Notes: a model not told the origin generated them from the sequence alone. A stretch of 64,000 bases of DNA from Gammaproteobacteria bacterium (GCA_965277715.1 OZ255836.1:3597254-3661253); one strand, 5' to 3'; positions 19,466 through 29,920 are shown, counted from the first letter of the stretch. Program-made: numbers and translations.

Positions 19466-20161
19466 CGTGTCGACCAGGCGCTTGATATTATCGGCAACGC
19501 GCAGCGATTTGGAGCGAAATTCCCGACGGTATAACACCCATAACACCATGCAGGTAGCGATAACAAAAAACCAGGCGTTAATCGACCAGCCGAGAATGGC
19601 CAGGGCGAAAAAATTGGCGCGCAAACCCTGGTTGAAATGCTGGGCAAACAGGGCGGTTATTTTACCCAACTCAACGGCGTACGCTTCACTGATGTCATCG
19701 TGCTCAAAGGGCGCTGCATTGAATAATACCGAGCTGTAGTTAGCCAGGCGCACCGCCCAGATAAATTTGACGAAGGCATAAATAAAAACGCAGATAAGTG
19801 ACACCACTTTTAACTCCCACAAACCTTGCGTCGGTACGTTGACAAAGGGCAGCGAGCTAATGGCATTCAATGCTTTTTCAGAACCGCCCAGCCCCGCTAC
19901 CAGCCCACCGATGACTAATATGGCAGTAGAGGCGAAAAACACCGCGCTGTGGACAAAATTGCCCATGACCAGCGCATCTGGCATACGCAGTTCGCGTTTG
20001 AGCAGTTCGCGCATCCAGCGGCGACGGTGAAAATCCATTACCTTTGGCAAGCTGTTCACCGACCACCGACTAAAATCGGCAAACCAGGTGTAGGCAGCCC
20101 ACAGGGTGACAAACAGTATCAGGGCAATCCAGTCCAGCAGGGGAATATTGTGTAACATCAT
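19454..20161 (-). CDS. DUF599-like integral membrane protein
   Basis: A hydrophobic protein with its start at MMLHNIPLL. The stop of the upstream EamA gene overlaps this ATG (ATGA). Confidence 0.5.
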   Translation of the reverse strand: MMLHNIPLLDWIALILFVTLWAAYTWFADFSRWSVNSLPKVMDFHRRRWMRELLKRELRMPDALVMGNFVHSAVFFASTAILVIGGLVAGLGGSEKALNAISSLPFVNVPTQGLWELKVVSLICVFIYAFVKFIWAVRLANYSSVLFNAAPFEHDDISEAYAVELGKITALFAQHFNQGLRANFFALAILGWSINAWFFVIATCMVLWVLYRREFRSKSLRVADNIKRLVDTSSD

Positions 20162-21057
20162 GCCTGTGTTTTCCTTGTGCGTTTGCGCACAATAATAAAC
20201 AACCCGCTGGCGGCAATGGTTAAGGCGCCGAGCCAAGTGGTTGTCACGGGGACTTCACCCCATATCAGGTAGCCGATTACGGCGGCAAATATCAGTATTA
20301 AGTACTCAAAGGGTGCCAGCAGGCTGGCCTCAGCGTAGCGGTGCGCGTGGGTAAGTGACCACTGTTGCAGACCGGCGATAATGCCAAAGGCAAGTAGCAG
20401 CCCGATATCGCTCCCTTGTGGTGTCACCCAACCAATGGCGAGTGCCCAGCCGGTGTAAAACAGGGTGCCGGTCGCGTTATAGTAAAAGCCAATGGTCATG
20501 GTTTTTTCGGTTTTGCTGAGCCGCCGCAGGCTGATAGATACCAGCGCACCGGTAATCCCTGCACCGATGCCCGCCAGCGTGCCCAGGCTCATGCCCGCAC
20601 CACCGGGCTGAGCGATCAGGAGCACGCCAATAAAGCCAACAATGACAGCACTCCAGCGCCGCAGGCCAATCTTCTCGCCCAATAATGGAATCGAAAACAC
20701 CACGATAAATAGCGGGGCGGAATAGGCCAGTGCTGTGGCATCGGCCATTGGAATGGTCGCCAACGCCAGATACAGCAAGCCCAAGCTGGTAATTCCCGAG
20801 GCGGTACGCGCTGCATGTTCCAGAGGGCGATGGGTGATTAACCCGGCCAGGCCACCCACCGAGGGCAGTGTGATGCTAAAAGCCAGCGCGGCGGCGATGA
20901 AACGAAAAGAGAGTATTTCAGGGAGTGGATAAGTGTCTGACAGTGATTTAACCATTGCGCCGAGTATCGACATCAGTGCAAGGTTAGTGATGAATAAACC
21001 GGTGCCAAACCAGGGGCGGTCATGCCATTGGGCACTGTGGGCAGTAAAAGATGACAT
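20158..21057 (-). CDS. EamA/DMT family transporter
   Basis: A 299 aa protein with 10 predicted helices and EamA repeats. Confidence 0.75.
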   Translation of the reverse strand: MSSFTAHSAQWHDRPWFGTGLFITNLALMSILGAMVKSLSDTYPLPEILSFRFIAAALAFSITLPSVGGLAGLITHRPLEHAARTASGITSLGLLYLALATIPMADATALAYSAPLFIVVFSIPLLGEKIGLRRWSAVIVGFIGVLLIAQPGGAGMSLGTLAGIGAGITGALVSISLRRLSKTEKTMTIGFYYNATGTLFYTGWALAIGWVTPQGSDIGLLLAFGIIAGLQQWSLTHAHRYAEASLLAPFEYLILIFAAVIGYLIWGEVPVTTTWLGALTIAASGLFIIVRKRTRKTQA

Positions 21058-21161
21058 GGGGGGGTTAAGGGTGCCAGGGGTTAGTCAATAAACGGGTGCT
21101 AGTGTCGCATAAAACCAACGGTTAATCGTGAGAAATACCGCATTTTCCAGGATAATAGGGT

Positions 21162-21977
21162 GTGCCTTCTGTCTCCGTCATTATTCCTACTTATAACCGC
21201 TGCGCGCTGTTGGCGCGTGCGCTGGATTCTGTGCTGGCGCAAACCCGTTGTGCGGATGAGGTGATTGTGGTGGATGATGGCTCGCAGGATGGCACGGCGG
21301 ATTTTGTGCGCCACGCGTACCCACAGGTCCACCTGCTTGTGCAGCGCAATGCCGGTGTCAGTGCTGCACGCAATCGCGGTATTACCTGTGCCACAGGTGA
21401 ATGGATTGCATTGCTCGATTCAGATGATGTGTGGCTGCCGACAAAACTGGCGATGCAATTACAGGCACTTACTCAGCAGCCTGGTTTTCGTCTGGTGCAT
21501 TGTGATGAGGTCTGGATCCGTAAGGGTGTGCGGGTTAATCCAATGAAGAAACACAAAAAACGGGGTGGGTTTATTTTTCAGTACTGTTTGCCATTGTGTT
21601 GTGTTTCGCCTTCGTCGGTATTAATTGAGCGTAGTGTGTTTGAGACACTCGGTAATTTTGATGAGTCGCTGCCCGCTTGTGAGGATTATGACTTATGGTT
21701 GCGGATATGTGCGCGGGAGCCAGTGTTATATCTCGATCAACCTCTGCTGCAAAAGTATGGAGGGCATTCTGATCAACTTTCCCAACAGTATTGGGGGATG
21801 GATCGTTTTCGGATACAGGCTTTGCAGAAAATACTGGCTATGGGTGTTTTGTCTGAACAGGATCGTGTGGCGGCAAAAGCTATGCTGGTGAAAAAGGCAG
21901 CTATTTTTGCTCGGGGGGCGGAGAAGCATGGGCGGGAGGAGCTTGCCCGCTACTATTGGGATCTTTCAATTGGGTGA
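21162..21977 (+). CDS. glycosyltransferase family 2 protein
   Basis: Contains the VSVIIPTYNR motif, DDGSQDGT, and a DSDD (DXD) motif. Confidence 0.8.
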   Translation: MPSVSVIIPTYNRCALLARALDSVLAQTRCADEVIVVDDGSQDGTADFVRHAYPQVHLLVQRNAGVSAARNRGITCATGEWIALLDSDDVWLPTKLAMQLQALTQQPGFRLVHCDEVWIRKGVRVNPMKKHKKRGGFIFQYCLPLCCVSPSSVLIERSVFETLGNFDESLPACEDYDLWLRICAREPVLYLDQPLLQKYGGHSDQLSQQYWGMDRFRIQALQKILAMGVLSEQDRVAAKAMLVKKAAIFARGAEKHGREELARYYWDLSIG

Positions 21978-22250
21978 TTTTTAGGGAGTGTTTTGAGGTT
22001 TCACTCGCGATGTTTTGGTGTGTTTCTTTGCTCTTTACAGGCGAAGCTACCGCTCCCCGGCAGCAGCTCCTGCGCTGCTAAACACGGTAGTGCGCCAACT
22101 GTTTCTGTGAAAAGCAGATTGACGCTGATTGCTTATGCATGAAATTGTGCATTTGATGCATTGCCTTCTTACCCAATACACCGTCGATTTTTAGTTAATA
22201 GGCAATAAACTAACTTCGATTCAAAGTTAGGGGAATATTAGGTTTACGGG

Positions 22251-23567
22251 TTAATTTGGATTTAACCCAATAGTATTCATAAATCCACTGAACAGGGTAG
22301 GGGGGGCTGTGCTGGTCGGCAGTGCGAGCACTTGCTCGCACAGTGTTTGGGATGCCGCTTTACTTAAGCCGCCATACTGCATCAGGTGGGTGGCTTTGTC
22401 ACACATTTCGGTATTACTCAAGGCCAGTTCAGGGTCACCTTTGCAGTCTTTTCGGATGGTCGAAAAGGTTTCCCCTGTGTGTGTGGTGACGCTGACACCA
22501 CCCCCCCATGACAATGGGTAGCGCGATGCAAATGGATCGGTGATATGCAGTGTCGTCGCGTTGCGCAGTTCATGGGTGCGTTCGCGTGCCGACTGGTTAA
22601 AGGAATCCAGGGTCACTTCGCCTTCCTGAAGCGCGATAGCGACGCAGTGATAAAGGGAGAACTTTGCCTGGTATTCGTTTTCTGGTTCGCGTCGGTCGCA
22701 TACATCCAGTGCTGCCTGGTAGGTGTCGATAGCCACTGTTTTAATGCGCATTTCCTTTAATTGGTTGTGTAAGGCCAATGCACAGTCGATGCTTGGGTGA
22801 GTGTGACGACACGATGGCCAGGGTTTGATTGAGGTGAGGGGCAGTTGCCAGGGGTCTTCCGGTGCCATTAATACGGCAGCGGGAATAGGGTCTGGGCACA
22901 TGCCGACAAACAGGCCCTTTTCACCTTCGAGTATTTCGGGTGAGCCGGTGAAGCCGTGAGCTGCGAGCTCTGCTGCCAATAGGCCGGATTCGCAGGCACG
23001 CCCGGCGTGCAGGTGCTTGCTCATTGCACCGGTTTGCATAAATTGCCAAAACCCGGATGACTGGGTGCCCGCATTGCCGAGGGCGTCGACAGTCTGTTGT
23101 GGATCGAGATCCAGGAGTGTCGCCGCCGCCATCGCCGAGCCAAACGGGCCACTGGTAGCGGTGTTGTGCCATATCTTATAGTGGCTGGGACCGAGCGCGG
23201 CGCCGATACGGCACATTGCCTCAAAACCATGCAGAATAGCGCGCAATACTTTGGTGGCGTCTGCGCCGGTTTTTTCACCGAGCGACAATGCGGCGGGTAT
23301 GACGACACAGCCAGGATGAGTGACTGAGGCGCGGTGTAAATCGTCGGTTTCGGTGATATGGGTAAGCGCGCCCATGAGCAGTGCTCGGCGTTTGGTGTCG
23401 GTATCACCTGCACCAGCCCAGTCGATGAGTGTTTTTCCTGTCGGGGTTGCGCTGCCCGCGTAGGCCGTGGCAACGGCATCCAGGGTAAACAGTGCCGCTG
23501 CGTTGAGGTCGGCGGCGTCGATGGGTTTATTGCGAATCAGTTCGATTAGTTTTTTTGTCAGGCTCAT
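22251..23567 (-). CDS. MmgE/PrpD family protein (2-methylcitrate dehydratase-like fold, function unknown)
   Basis: A 438 aa protein with the MmgE/PrpD N- and C-domain pattern. Confidence 0.7.
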   Translation of the reverse strand: MSLTKKLIELIRNKPIDAADLNAAALFTLDAVATAYAGSATPTGKTLIDWAGAGDTDTKRRALLMGALTHITETDDLHRASVTHPGCVVIPAALSLGEKTGADATKVLRAILHGFEAMCRIGAALGPSHYKIWHNTATSGPFGSAMAAATLLDLDPQQTVDALGNAGTQSSGFWQFMQTGAMSKHLHAGRACESGLLAAELAAHGFTGSPEILEGEKGLFVGMCPDPIPAAVLMAPEDPWQLPLTSIKPWPSCRHTHPSIDCALALHNQLKEMRIKTVAIDTYQAALDVCDRREPENEYQAKFSLYHCVAIALQEGEVTLDSFNQSARERTHELRNATTLHITDPFASRYPLSWGGGVSVTTHTGETFSTIRKDCKGDPELALSNTEMCDKATHLMQYGGLSKAASQTLCEQVLALPTSTAPPTLFSGFMNTIGLNPN

Positions 23568-23589
23568 GCGAGCTGTTTCCTGAATAACG

Positions 23590-23617
23590 ACAAGCCCTCC
23601 GTAAATAGAGGGCTTGT
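23590..23617 (-). terminator. strong hairpin between the FMO gene and the MmgE/PrpD gene (terminator or attenuator)
   Basis: ACAAGCCCTC-cgtaaata-GAGGGCTTGT forms a perfect 10 bp stem. On the minus strand it is followed by CGUUAUUCAGG, about 20 nt before the MmgE/PrpD SD. Confidence 0.45.
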
Positions 23618-23640
23618 GCCTGTCACAACACTACCGGTTC

Positions 23641-24984
23641 TTATTGGCTTTGCAGGTAGCTTTCAAGTGAATCGTCCAGCGCATCCTTCCACGGTGTGTG
23701 GTGTGCGGGTGCCATTGTGCCCGTCATCGGTGAAACATAACCGTTGTCACGGAATGTCATGATGTTTTGTTTTTTGTGTTTCTTCCATTGAAAAAAGGCG
23801 GCATTGGCAGCGTTTATATCAAAGCTGGGGTAGTCGGTTTGCTCTATTAGATGGCGTGTGTAGTTACCCTGGTATTCAATAGCGCCGTAATCGTCCGCTA
23901 TATTGTCTTCCTGTTCGCGCCAGCGGTCGATATCGGCGAGCATTTGATCTTTACTGGGTACACTGAGGCGGCCCATGATGAGGTCGCGTACATACCAGGC
24001 TTGTGCATCAAACATATTGAAGGTGTACCACTGATCCTGCATGCCGAGGTACATTAGTTTCGGGTTATCCGCCCAGGCCACGCCGTTGTAGAGGTCTACC
24101 GGGTATAAACGATTATTGGTTTTGAGCCTGAGGCTGTCTGGCATAAACGGAAAGTGGTGCAAATAACCGGTGCACAGGAGAATAGCATCGACATCTTTTT
24201 GAGTGCCATCAATAAAGGTTGCGGTATTCTTTTCAATCTTTTGTAACAGTGGTACTTCTTGCCAGTTATCTGGCCAGTCGTAGCCCATAGGTGCGGTGCG
24301 GTGTGAAACAGTGACGGATTTGCAGCCGTATTTCCAGCACTGTGAACCGATATCTTCCGCCGAATAAGATGTGCCGATAATCAGGATATTTTTGTCTTTG
24401 AACTCCATCGCATCACGGAAATCGTGTGCATGCAAAACGCGGCCATTAAAATGCTCAAAACCTTCAAAATAGGGCACATTAGGCGTTGAGAAGTGGCCGG
24501 TGGCGACCACTACATTGTCAAATTGTTCGGTGTAGCAGGTATCCTGTTGGTGATCTTTCACCGTAACCGAGAATTGACCGTTAGTCTCGTCGTAAATCAC
24601 CTGTCGTATTGCCGAGTTGAAGCGGATCATCGAACGCACCCCTGCCTTTTCGACCCGGCCTTTGATGTAATCGAACAACACAGCACGCGGAGGATAAGAG
24701 GCGATAGGTCGGCCAAAGTGTTCTTCAAATGTGTAATCGGCAAACTCCAACCCTTCTTTTGGCCCGTTTGACCACAGATAACGGTACATGCTGCCATGTA
24801 CCGGCTCGCCGTATTGGTCTAACCCGGTGCGCCAGGTGTAGTTCCATAAACCGCCCCAATCACTCTGTTTTTCAAAGCAGACAACTTCCGGTATGTCAGC
24901 CCCTTTGTCACGGGCTGACTGGAATGCTCTGAGTTGTGCCAGGCCACTGGGACCAGCACCGATGATTGCAACACGTTTTGACAT
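23641..24984 (-). CDS. tmm: flavin-containing monooxygenase, trimethylamine monooxygenase-like (bacterial FMO)
   Basis: Contains [15 protein letters not shown] (FAD binding), the FMO motif [13 protein letters not shown], and the NADPH-binding site [10 protein letters not shown]. From memory it is near-colinear with the Methylophaga FMO (mFMO) sequence. Confidence 0.8.
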   Translation of the reverse strand: MSKRVAIIGAGPSGLAQLRAFQSARDKGADIPEVVCFEKQSDWGGLWNYTWRTGLDQYGEPVHGSMYRYLWSNGPKEGLEFADYTFEEHFGRPIASYPPRAVLFDYIKGRVEKAGVRSMIRFNSAIRQVIYDETNGQFSVTVKDHQQDTCYTEQFDNVVVATGHFSTPNVPYFEGFEHFNGRVLHAHDFRDAMEFKDKNILIIGTSYSAEDIGSQCWKYGCKSVTVSHRTAPMGYDWPDNWQEVPLLQKIEKNTATFIDGTQKDVDAILLCTGYLHHFPFMPDSLRLKTNNRLYPVDLYNGVAWADNPKLMYLGMQDQWYTFNMFDAQAWYVRDLIMGRLSVPSKDQMLADIDRWREQEDNIADDYGAIEYQGNYTRHLIEQTDYPSFDINAANAAFFQWKKHKKQNIMTFRDNGYVSPMTGTMAPAHHTPWKDALDDSLESYLQSQ

Positions 24985-25141
24985 TTGGCTAACTCCTGAG
25001 AGGTATTTATTGGTTGGAATTGTGTATCTATTCTGACGTTACGGATTGCTTGGTGGCGTGTCAAGTAGTAGTGATATGATGTGATAACGGTATAGGTGCT
25101 GTGTTTGGTTGGCCTGGTTATTACGATAGGGGTGAAAAATC

Positions 25142-25342
25142 ATGAGAAAACAAACTGCGGTTACTGCTCGCTGTGCGCTTAGCTCGAAATACGGACTCAG
25201 TGATGAGGAGACCTATCTAATGGTGATGCTACACAAATACAAACGTATGAGCTGTCAGCAATTAGCTAAGCGGTTTGCTATCACCTCCGGGCAGGCTGCC
25301 GACATTATTGCCCGCCGGGCAATAGGGGGGTGTTGTGGTTAA
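25142..25342 (+). CDS. small hypothetical protein, possible HTH
   Basis: A 66 aa ORF between the tmm and PhyH genes. The sequence MSCQQLAKRFAITSGQAADIIARRA is helix-turn-helix-like. Confidence 0.25.
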   Translation: MRKQTAVTARCALSSKYGLSDEETYLMVMLHKYKRMSCQQLAKRFAITSGQAADIIARRAIGGCCG

Positions 25343-25422
25343 GTTTAAGGAAGCGTTTCAGGCGCTGTGCGTCGGTCTATATATTGGGCAATAAAGAGGG
25401 TCGGGAAAAAGGTTGGGGTGTA

Positions 25423-26307
25423 TTAATGCGCTTTTTTCATTGGGTCGCCTTTTGTCATATCGCGGTCGCCAAAACCACTTGGAAATGATATGGCCCGTTC
25501 CAGTGCGGCTATAGCATCGATATTGAAATCTTCTGTTGGTCGCGGTTCCAGCTCAAAACTCTCACCCCGGTACTCGCCTCGAACCAACATCGCAGAATCT
25601 TTTGCCGATTTACAAAACGTCCCGGCAGATATGTACCGCATGACAAAACCAATACGGTCATGGTCAGATGGGTTAGGGCCACCGCCGTGTAGAAGCTCGA
25701 TATGGTGGATGGAAAATTCACCCGGTTGTAACTCGACATCTTTTGCCAGTGATTCATCCACCGCTTTGTCCATTATATGGTCGTAGAAAAATAAATTACC
25801 TTCAGATGATTTGCGCTCCCCCACGGCGATACCCTTATGGGGATCACCTTCATAATTAAGCCTCCCGAGTGCGCCGGATCGGTGTGTGCCGGGTATTACC
25901 CGCATCGCTCCGTTGGCGACAGTTGCCGGGGTGATGGCAAACCACACACTGACGACGTTGGTGGTGGAGAGATTCCAGTAGGGTGTGTCCTGGTGCCACG
26001 GAATCCACGTGCCCATACCTGCACCCTTGACGGCAAAATCACTCGACCAAAGCAGAATGTCCGGGCCAATCACCGCCTCGACAGCATTGAGGATAACAGG
26101 GTTGTGCACAATGCTGTCCAGCCAGGTGGATACCAGGTGGGGTTTTAAATGACACTCCCGCCCTCTCGCTTTGGAAACTGCTGTCTGAAAGTGTCGGTAG
26201 CGTTTTTCCAGGTGTAATGCGTCTGGCTGTGCGAGCGCGGCAATGGGCCAGTCGATGCCGTCACGGTTAAATAGGTCGATATCTATTGTTGAGGGAGTGG
26301 TTGTCAT
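25423..26307 (-). CDS. phytanoyl-CoA dioxygenase (PhyH) family Fe(II)/2-oxoglutarate dioxygenase
   Basis: Carries the PhyH-type HxD...H arrangement (WHQDTPYW ... HHIELLHGGGPN). Confidence 0.7.
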   Translation of the reverse strand: MTTTPSTIDIDLFNRDGIDWPIAALAQPDALHLEKRYRHFQTAVSKARGRECHLKPHLVSTWLDSIVHNPVILNAVEAVIGPDILLWSSDFAVKGAGMGTWIPWHQDTPYWNLSTTNVVSVWFAITPATVANGAMRVIPGTHRSGALGRLNYEGDPHKGIAVGERKSSEGNLFFYDHIMDKAVDESLAKDVELQPGEFSIHHIELLHGGGPNPSDHDRIGFVMRYISAGTFCKSAKDSAMLVRGEYRGESFELEPRPTEDFNIDAIAALERAISFPSGFGDRDMTKGDPMKKAH

Positions 26308-26319
26308 GGCATGAGACGC

Positions 26320-26781
26320 TTAGTGCTTAACCGATTGTTCCACCGGCATTTGATAGGTCACCCAATGGGTTTTTTCTGCGAGTTTATCGTATACCGCCCG
26401 GCCCCGGTAATTATTGTCTGCCGTTATCCAACGGATAAGCGGCCAACCGTTATCGCGACCAACCTGCTGCAAACTTTCATACAAGGCCTCTACAACGCCT
26501 TGTCCTCTCGCGCTGGGCAATACGAATAAATCATCGAGAAACCCGACCAGCGCACCGCGCAGTGGCGATGGCATTTGTCGGCAATGCATCAAACCGAGGG
26601 CCTGACCATTTTCATCCTTCGCCAGTAGCCCGTAAAAAGGGTTGCCATCGTCTTGAATCCATGCCCAGACTGTTTGCAGAATGTCATCATTCATGGGCAC
26701 TTTATAAAACTGTGCATAGCCGTGATAAAGCGTTTCCCAGTCAGCCCGATCCGCTTCTGTCGGTGTTGATACAGTAATCAT
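26320..26781 (-). CDS. GNAT family N-acetyltransferase
   Basis: The acetyl-CoA binding region is present (VLPSARGQGVVEAL). It lies 12 bp upstream of the PhyH gene on the same strand. Confidence 0.65.
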   Translation of the reverse strand: MITVSTPTEADRADWETLYHGYAQFYKVPMNDDILQTVWAWIQDDGNPFYGLLAKDENGQALGLMHCRQMPSPLRGALVGFLDDLFVLPSARGQGVVEALYESLQQVGRDNGWPLIRWITADNNYRGRAVYDKLAEKTHWVTYQMPVEQSVKH

Positions 26782-26922
26782 CGTATTAAGCCTCATTAAT
26801 TAGTGTGGAATCTTATTTTGGTTTTCAAAAAAAACCTAACTAATTTTTAGGTAAAAAGACACAATGCGCTAAATATGTTTTTTTCTCTGCGCAGAGTACA
26901 TGATGTCAGGTAATGGGATTTG

Positions 26923-27060
26923 ATGATGAATATAGCCATTCTTACTTCTGAAGGGCTTAACGAGCTCGATTCGTTTACCGCGTTGGGCATATTGAACCGT
27001 ATGAAAAGCGCAGGCTGGAAGGTGCAAATAACCTGCCCCAGTGACATCAAGGTGAGCTAA
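26923..27060 (+). pseudogene. N-terminal remnant of a DJ-1/PfpI (ThiJ) family gene
   Basis: A 45-codon ORF, MMNIAILTSEGLNELDSFTALGILNRMKSAGWKVQITCPS..., typical of a DJ-1/PfpI N-terminus. It stops prematurely at 27058-27060. Confidence 0.4.
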
Positions 27061-27307
27061 CGTCTACTCTTTTTCTATGTGGGCAGCGTAGGGTGTGATG
27101 GAGCGTACACAAAATAATGTCCACTTTTACAATGTTATTTAAATAATGCGCTATGTGTTAATAACATACTCAGCCAATTCAGCCATAAGGTAAATCGATA
27201 CATTTGCAAACCCTGGAAGTTATTTCGTGCACGTTCCTTACCTGAGCAGAGTCATTTCGCCCGTGAACAGTGATTGAGAATACCCCCTGAATCGACAGGC
27301 TCCTCTT

Positions 27308-29920
27308 CTAACCTGCCTGTTTGATTCGTCGGCGTTGCAGCCAAATAATAAGTCCCAACAATAACATGGCCGGAAGGTAAAATATTTCTTTGGCGATGCG
27401 TTCATTGGGTTTGCGAATATCGGCTACACGCACGGGCTCGTCGCTATAGTAATCAAACGACTTGCCAATGCTTTCAAAAAATGGGGTGCCTGGAAAGGGT
27501 TCTTCGATAATTGCAGAACCATTTTCGATAGTCACGTTGATACCCGCTTTTTTGAGCCGTTCAATGGCCTCTACCGGTTGCCCCAGTGGTACGAGTATGG
27601 TCGTCGATTCAATCTCACCGGAGTCAAAATCCGGGCCACTGATCACCATGGTCAAAGTGCCATCGGGGGTCGCCTCTCCCACTACTTCGTAAACTTTACT
27701 GGGCTCGATACTTTGATAGGGTGGTGAAACCTGATCCAGCCAGTAACCGGGGCGGAACAGGGTAAACGCGATCAGCAGTAGAACGCCGGATTCCCACAGT
27801 TTGTTGCGGGTGAGTAGGTAGCGTTGTGTCGCAGAGGCGAATAGCATCATGGCGATAACCGCGACAAAAAAGACAAAGAAAGCTTTGGCCAGTGATACGT
27901 TGATTAGCAGTAACTCGGTGTTAAAGATAAACAAAAAAGGCAGGAGTGCTGTGCGGATATCGTAGGCAAACCCCTGGATGCCGGTTTTGATCGGGTCACC
28001 CTTGGAGATTGCCGCCGCTGCAAATGCCGCCAGGCCAACAGGGGGTGTGTCGTCAGCGAGGATACCGAAATAAAAGACAAACAAGTGCACGGCGATCAAC
28101 GGCACCAGTAAACCGCTCTTTGCCCCCAGGGCAATAATTACAGGCGCCATCAACGATGATACAACGATGTAGTTGGCGGTGGTCGGCAGGCCCATGCCCA
28201 GGATTAAGCTCATTATCGCGACCAGAATCAGCATGACAATTAAATGGCCGCCGGAGAGAAATTCAACCAGTTCGCCAACCACCTGGTGCGCGCCCGTCAG
28301 AGAAATTGTACCGACGATAATGCCCGCAGCACCGGTTGCCACGGCGATACCAATCATATTGCGCGATCCTGCAATCATGCCCTCAAAGCAGTTGCCCGCG
28401 CCTTTTTTAAAGGCGGCCCGGTAATCACCGGCGCCCCGAAAAAAAGCTTTGATAGGGTGTTGTGTCAAGGCCACGATAAGCATCGCAATTGTTGCCCAGA
28501 AGGCCGATAGGGCCGGTGAAAGCCGCTCAATGATGATGCACCAGATAAGAATGACAATTGGCAGGATATAGTACAGGCCAGTGATTGCCGTGGCGCCGGC
28601 CTTGGGCAGTTCAGTTATAGGATCATTAGGGTCATCGACGTGCAAATCGGGGTGTTTGGCAGCGAGCTTGAGCAAATATAAATAGAGCAGTGAACAGCCC
28701 ACCGCTACCACCCAAAAGGCGGCATCCGGGGCGACGATCTTGATCCACCCCAGCCCGTAATAGACGGCGATACCGAGCAGGGAAAGGCCGATAAAACCAC
28801 TTAGCACACCGAGTAATTTATTTGCCAGAGTGAGCGATGAGGGAGGCTTTGGTAAGCCTTTCAGGTCGAGCTTCATTGCTTCGAGGTGAACGATATACAC
28901 TAGCGCGATATAGGAAACCAGTGCGGGCACCAATGCGTGTTTGATGATGTCGGTGTAACTGATACCCGTGAATTCGGCAATCAGGAAGGCGGCCGCGCCC
29001 ATTACCGGCGGGGTCAGTTGCCCGTTGGTGGAGGAGGCCACTTCAATCGCACCGGCTTTTTCTGCCGAGAAGCCGGTGCGCTTCATTAAGGGAATGGTAA
29101 ACGTACCGGTCGTCACAGTATTGGCAATCGATGAACCGGAGTAGAGGCCACTCAATGCCGAGGCGACCACCGCCGCTTTTGCTGGCCCACCACGGAAGTG
29201 CCCCAGCAGGGCAAAGGCAATTTTGATGAAGTAGTTGCCGGCACCGGCTTTTTCCAGGATGGCGCCGAACAGTACAAATAAAAATATCAGCGAGGCAGAG
29301 ACGCTAAGCGCCACACCAAACACCCCTTCGCTGTATGTCCAGAAGTGAGACACAGCTTTGCCAAATGAAGCACCTTTCCATTGAATAGCCTCTGGCAGCC
29401 ATTCGCCGTGACCAAAGAATACGTAGGCGATAAATACACTGGCGACAATCACCAGTGGTAACCCCAGGGCGCGGTAAACGGCGATCAATAGCACAACCAT
29501 ACCTGTCGAACCGATGATGGTGTCCTGGAGTGTCCAGCTACCAGCGCGGTCGGCTAGCTCAAACCGATAGATATTCATGTATAGACAGCAGACAATACCC
29601 GCGATAATCAGTAGCCAGTCGTACCACGGAATAGTATTTTTAGGGCTGGATTTGAATAGGGGGAAGGCAATCGCAGCGAGCACCAGCCCAGTGCCCAGGT
29701 GGATTCTGCGCGCTCCCATATTGGTAACGATCAAGTCGATGCCGGTGACCTCGGTCAACCAGAAAGGCAGGTTTGAGGCGGTATAGAGTTGAAAGAGCGC
29801 CCAGGTAAAGGTGACAGCGACGATAAGCTTATTTTGCCAGCCAAACAGATGGCGGTTGCCCGTGTCGACTTGTGCGACAAAATCATCTAGATCCTTCTGT
29901 GCTATAGGTTGCTTTGCCAT
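27308..29920 (-). CDS. TRAP transporter fused 4TM/12TM permease (TAXI-type) with C-terminal soluble extension
   Basis: An 870 aa protein with more than 16 predicted helices. It lies immediately downstream of the TAXI binding-protein gene. Confidence 0.8.
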   Translation of the reverse strand: MAKQPIAQKDLDDFVAQVDTGNRHLFGWQNKLIVAVTFTWALFQLYTASNLPFWLTEVTGIDLIVTNMGARRIHLGTGLVLAAIAFPLFKSSPKNTIPWYDWLLIIAGIVCCLYMNIYRFELADRAGSWTLQDTIIGSTGMVVLLIAVYRALGLPLVIVASVFIAYVFFGHGEWLPEAIQWKGASFGKAVSHFWTYSEGVFGVALSVSASLIFLFVLFGAILEKAGAGNYFIKIAFALLGHFRGGPAKAAVVASALSGLYSGSSIANTVTTGTFTIPLMKRTGFSAEKAGAIEVASSTNGQLTPPVMGAAAFLIAEFTGISYTDIIKHALVPALVSYIALVYIVHLEAMKLDLKGLPKPPSSLTLANKLLGVLSGFIGLSLLGIAVYYGLGWIKIVAPDAAFWVVAVGCSLLYLYLLKLAAKHPDLHVDDPNDPITELPKAGATAITGLYYILPIVILIWCIIIERLSPALSAFWATIAMLIVALTQHPIKAFFRGAGDYRAAFKKGAGNCFEGMIAGSRNMIGIAVATGAAGIIVGTISLTGAHQVVGELVEFLSGGHLIVMLILVAIMSLILGMGLPTTANYIVVSSLMAPVIIALGAKSGLLVPLIAVHLFVFYFGILADDTPPVGLAAFAAAAISKGDPIKTGIQGFAYDIRTALLPFLFIFNTELLLINVSLAKAFFVFFVAVIAMMLFASATQRYLLTRNKLWESGVLLLIAFTLFRPGYWLDQVSPPYQSIEPSKVYEVVGEATPDGTLTMVISGPDFDSGEIESTTILVPLGQPVEAIERLKKAGINVTIENGSAIIEEPFPGTPFFESIGKSFDYYSDEPVRVADIRKPNERIAKEIFYLPAMLLLGLIIWLQRRRIKQAG

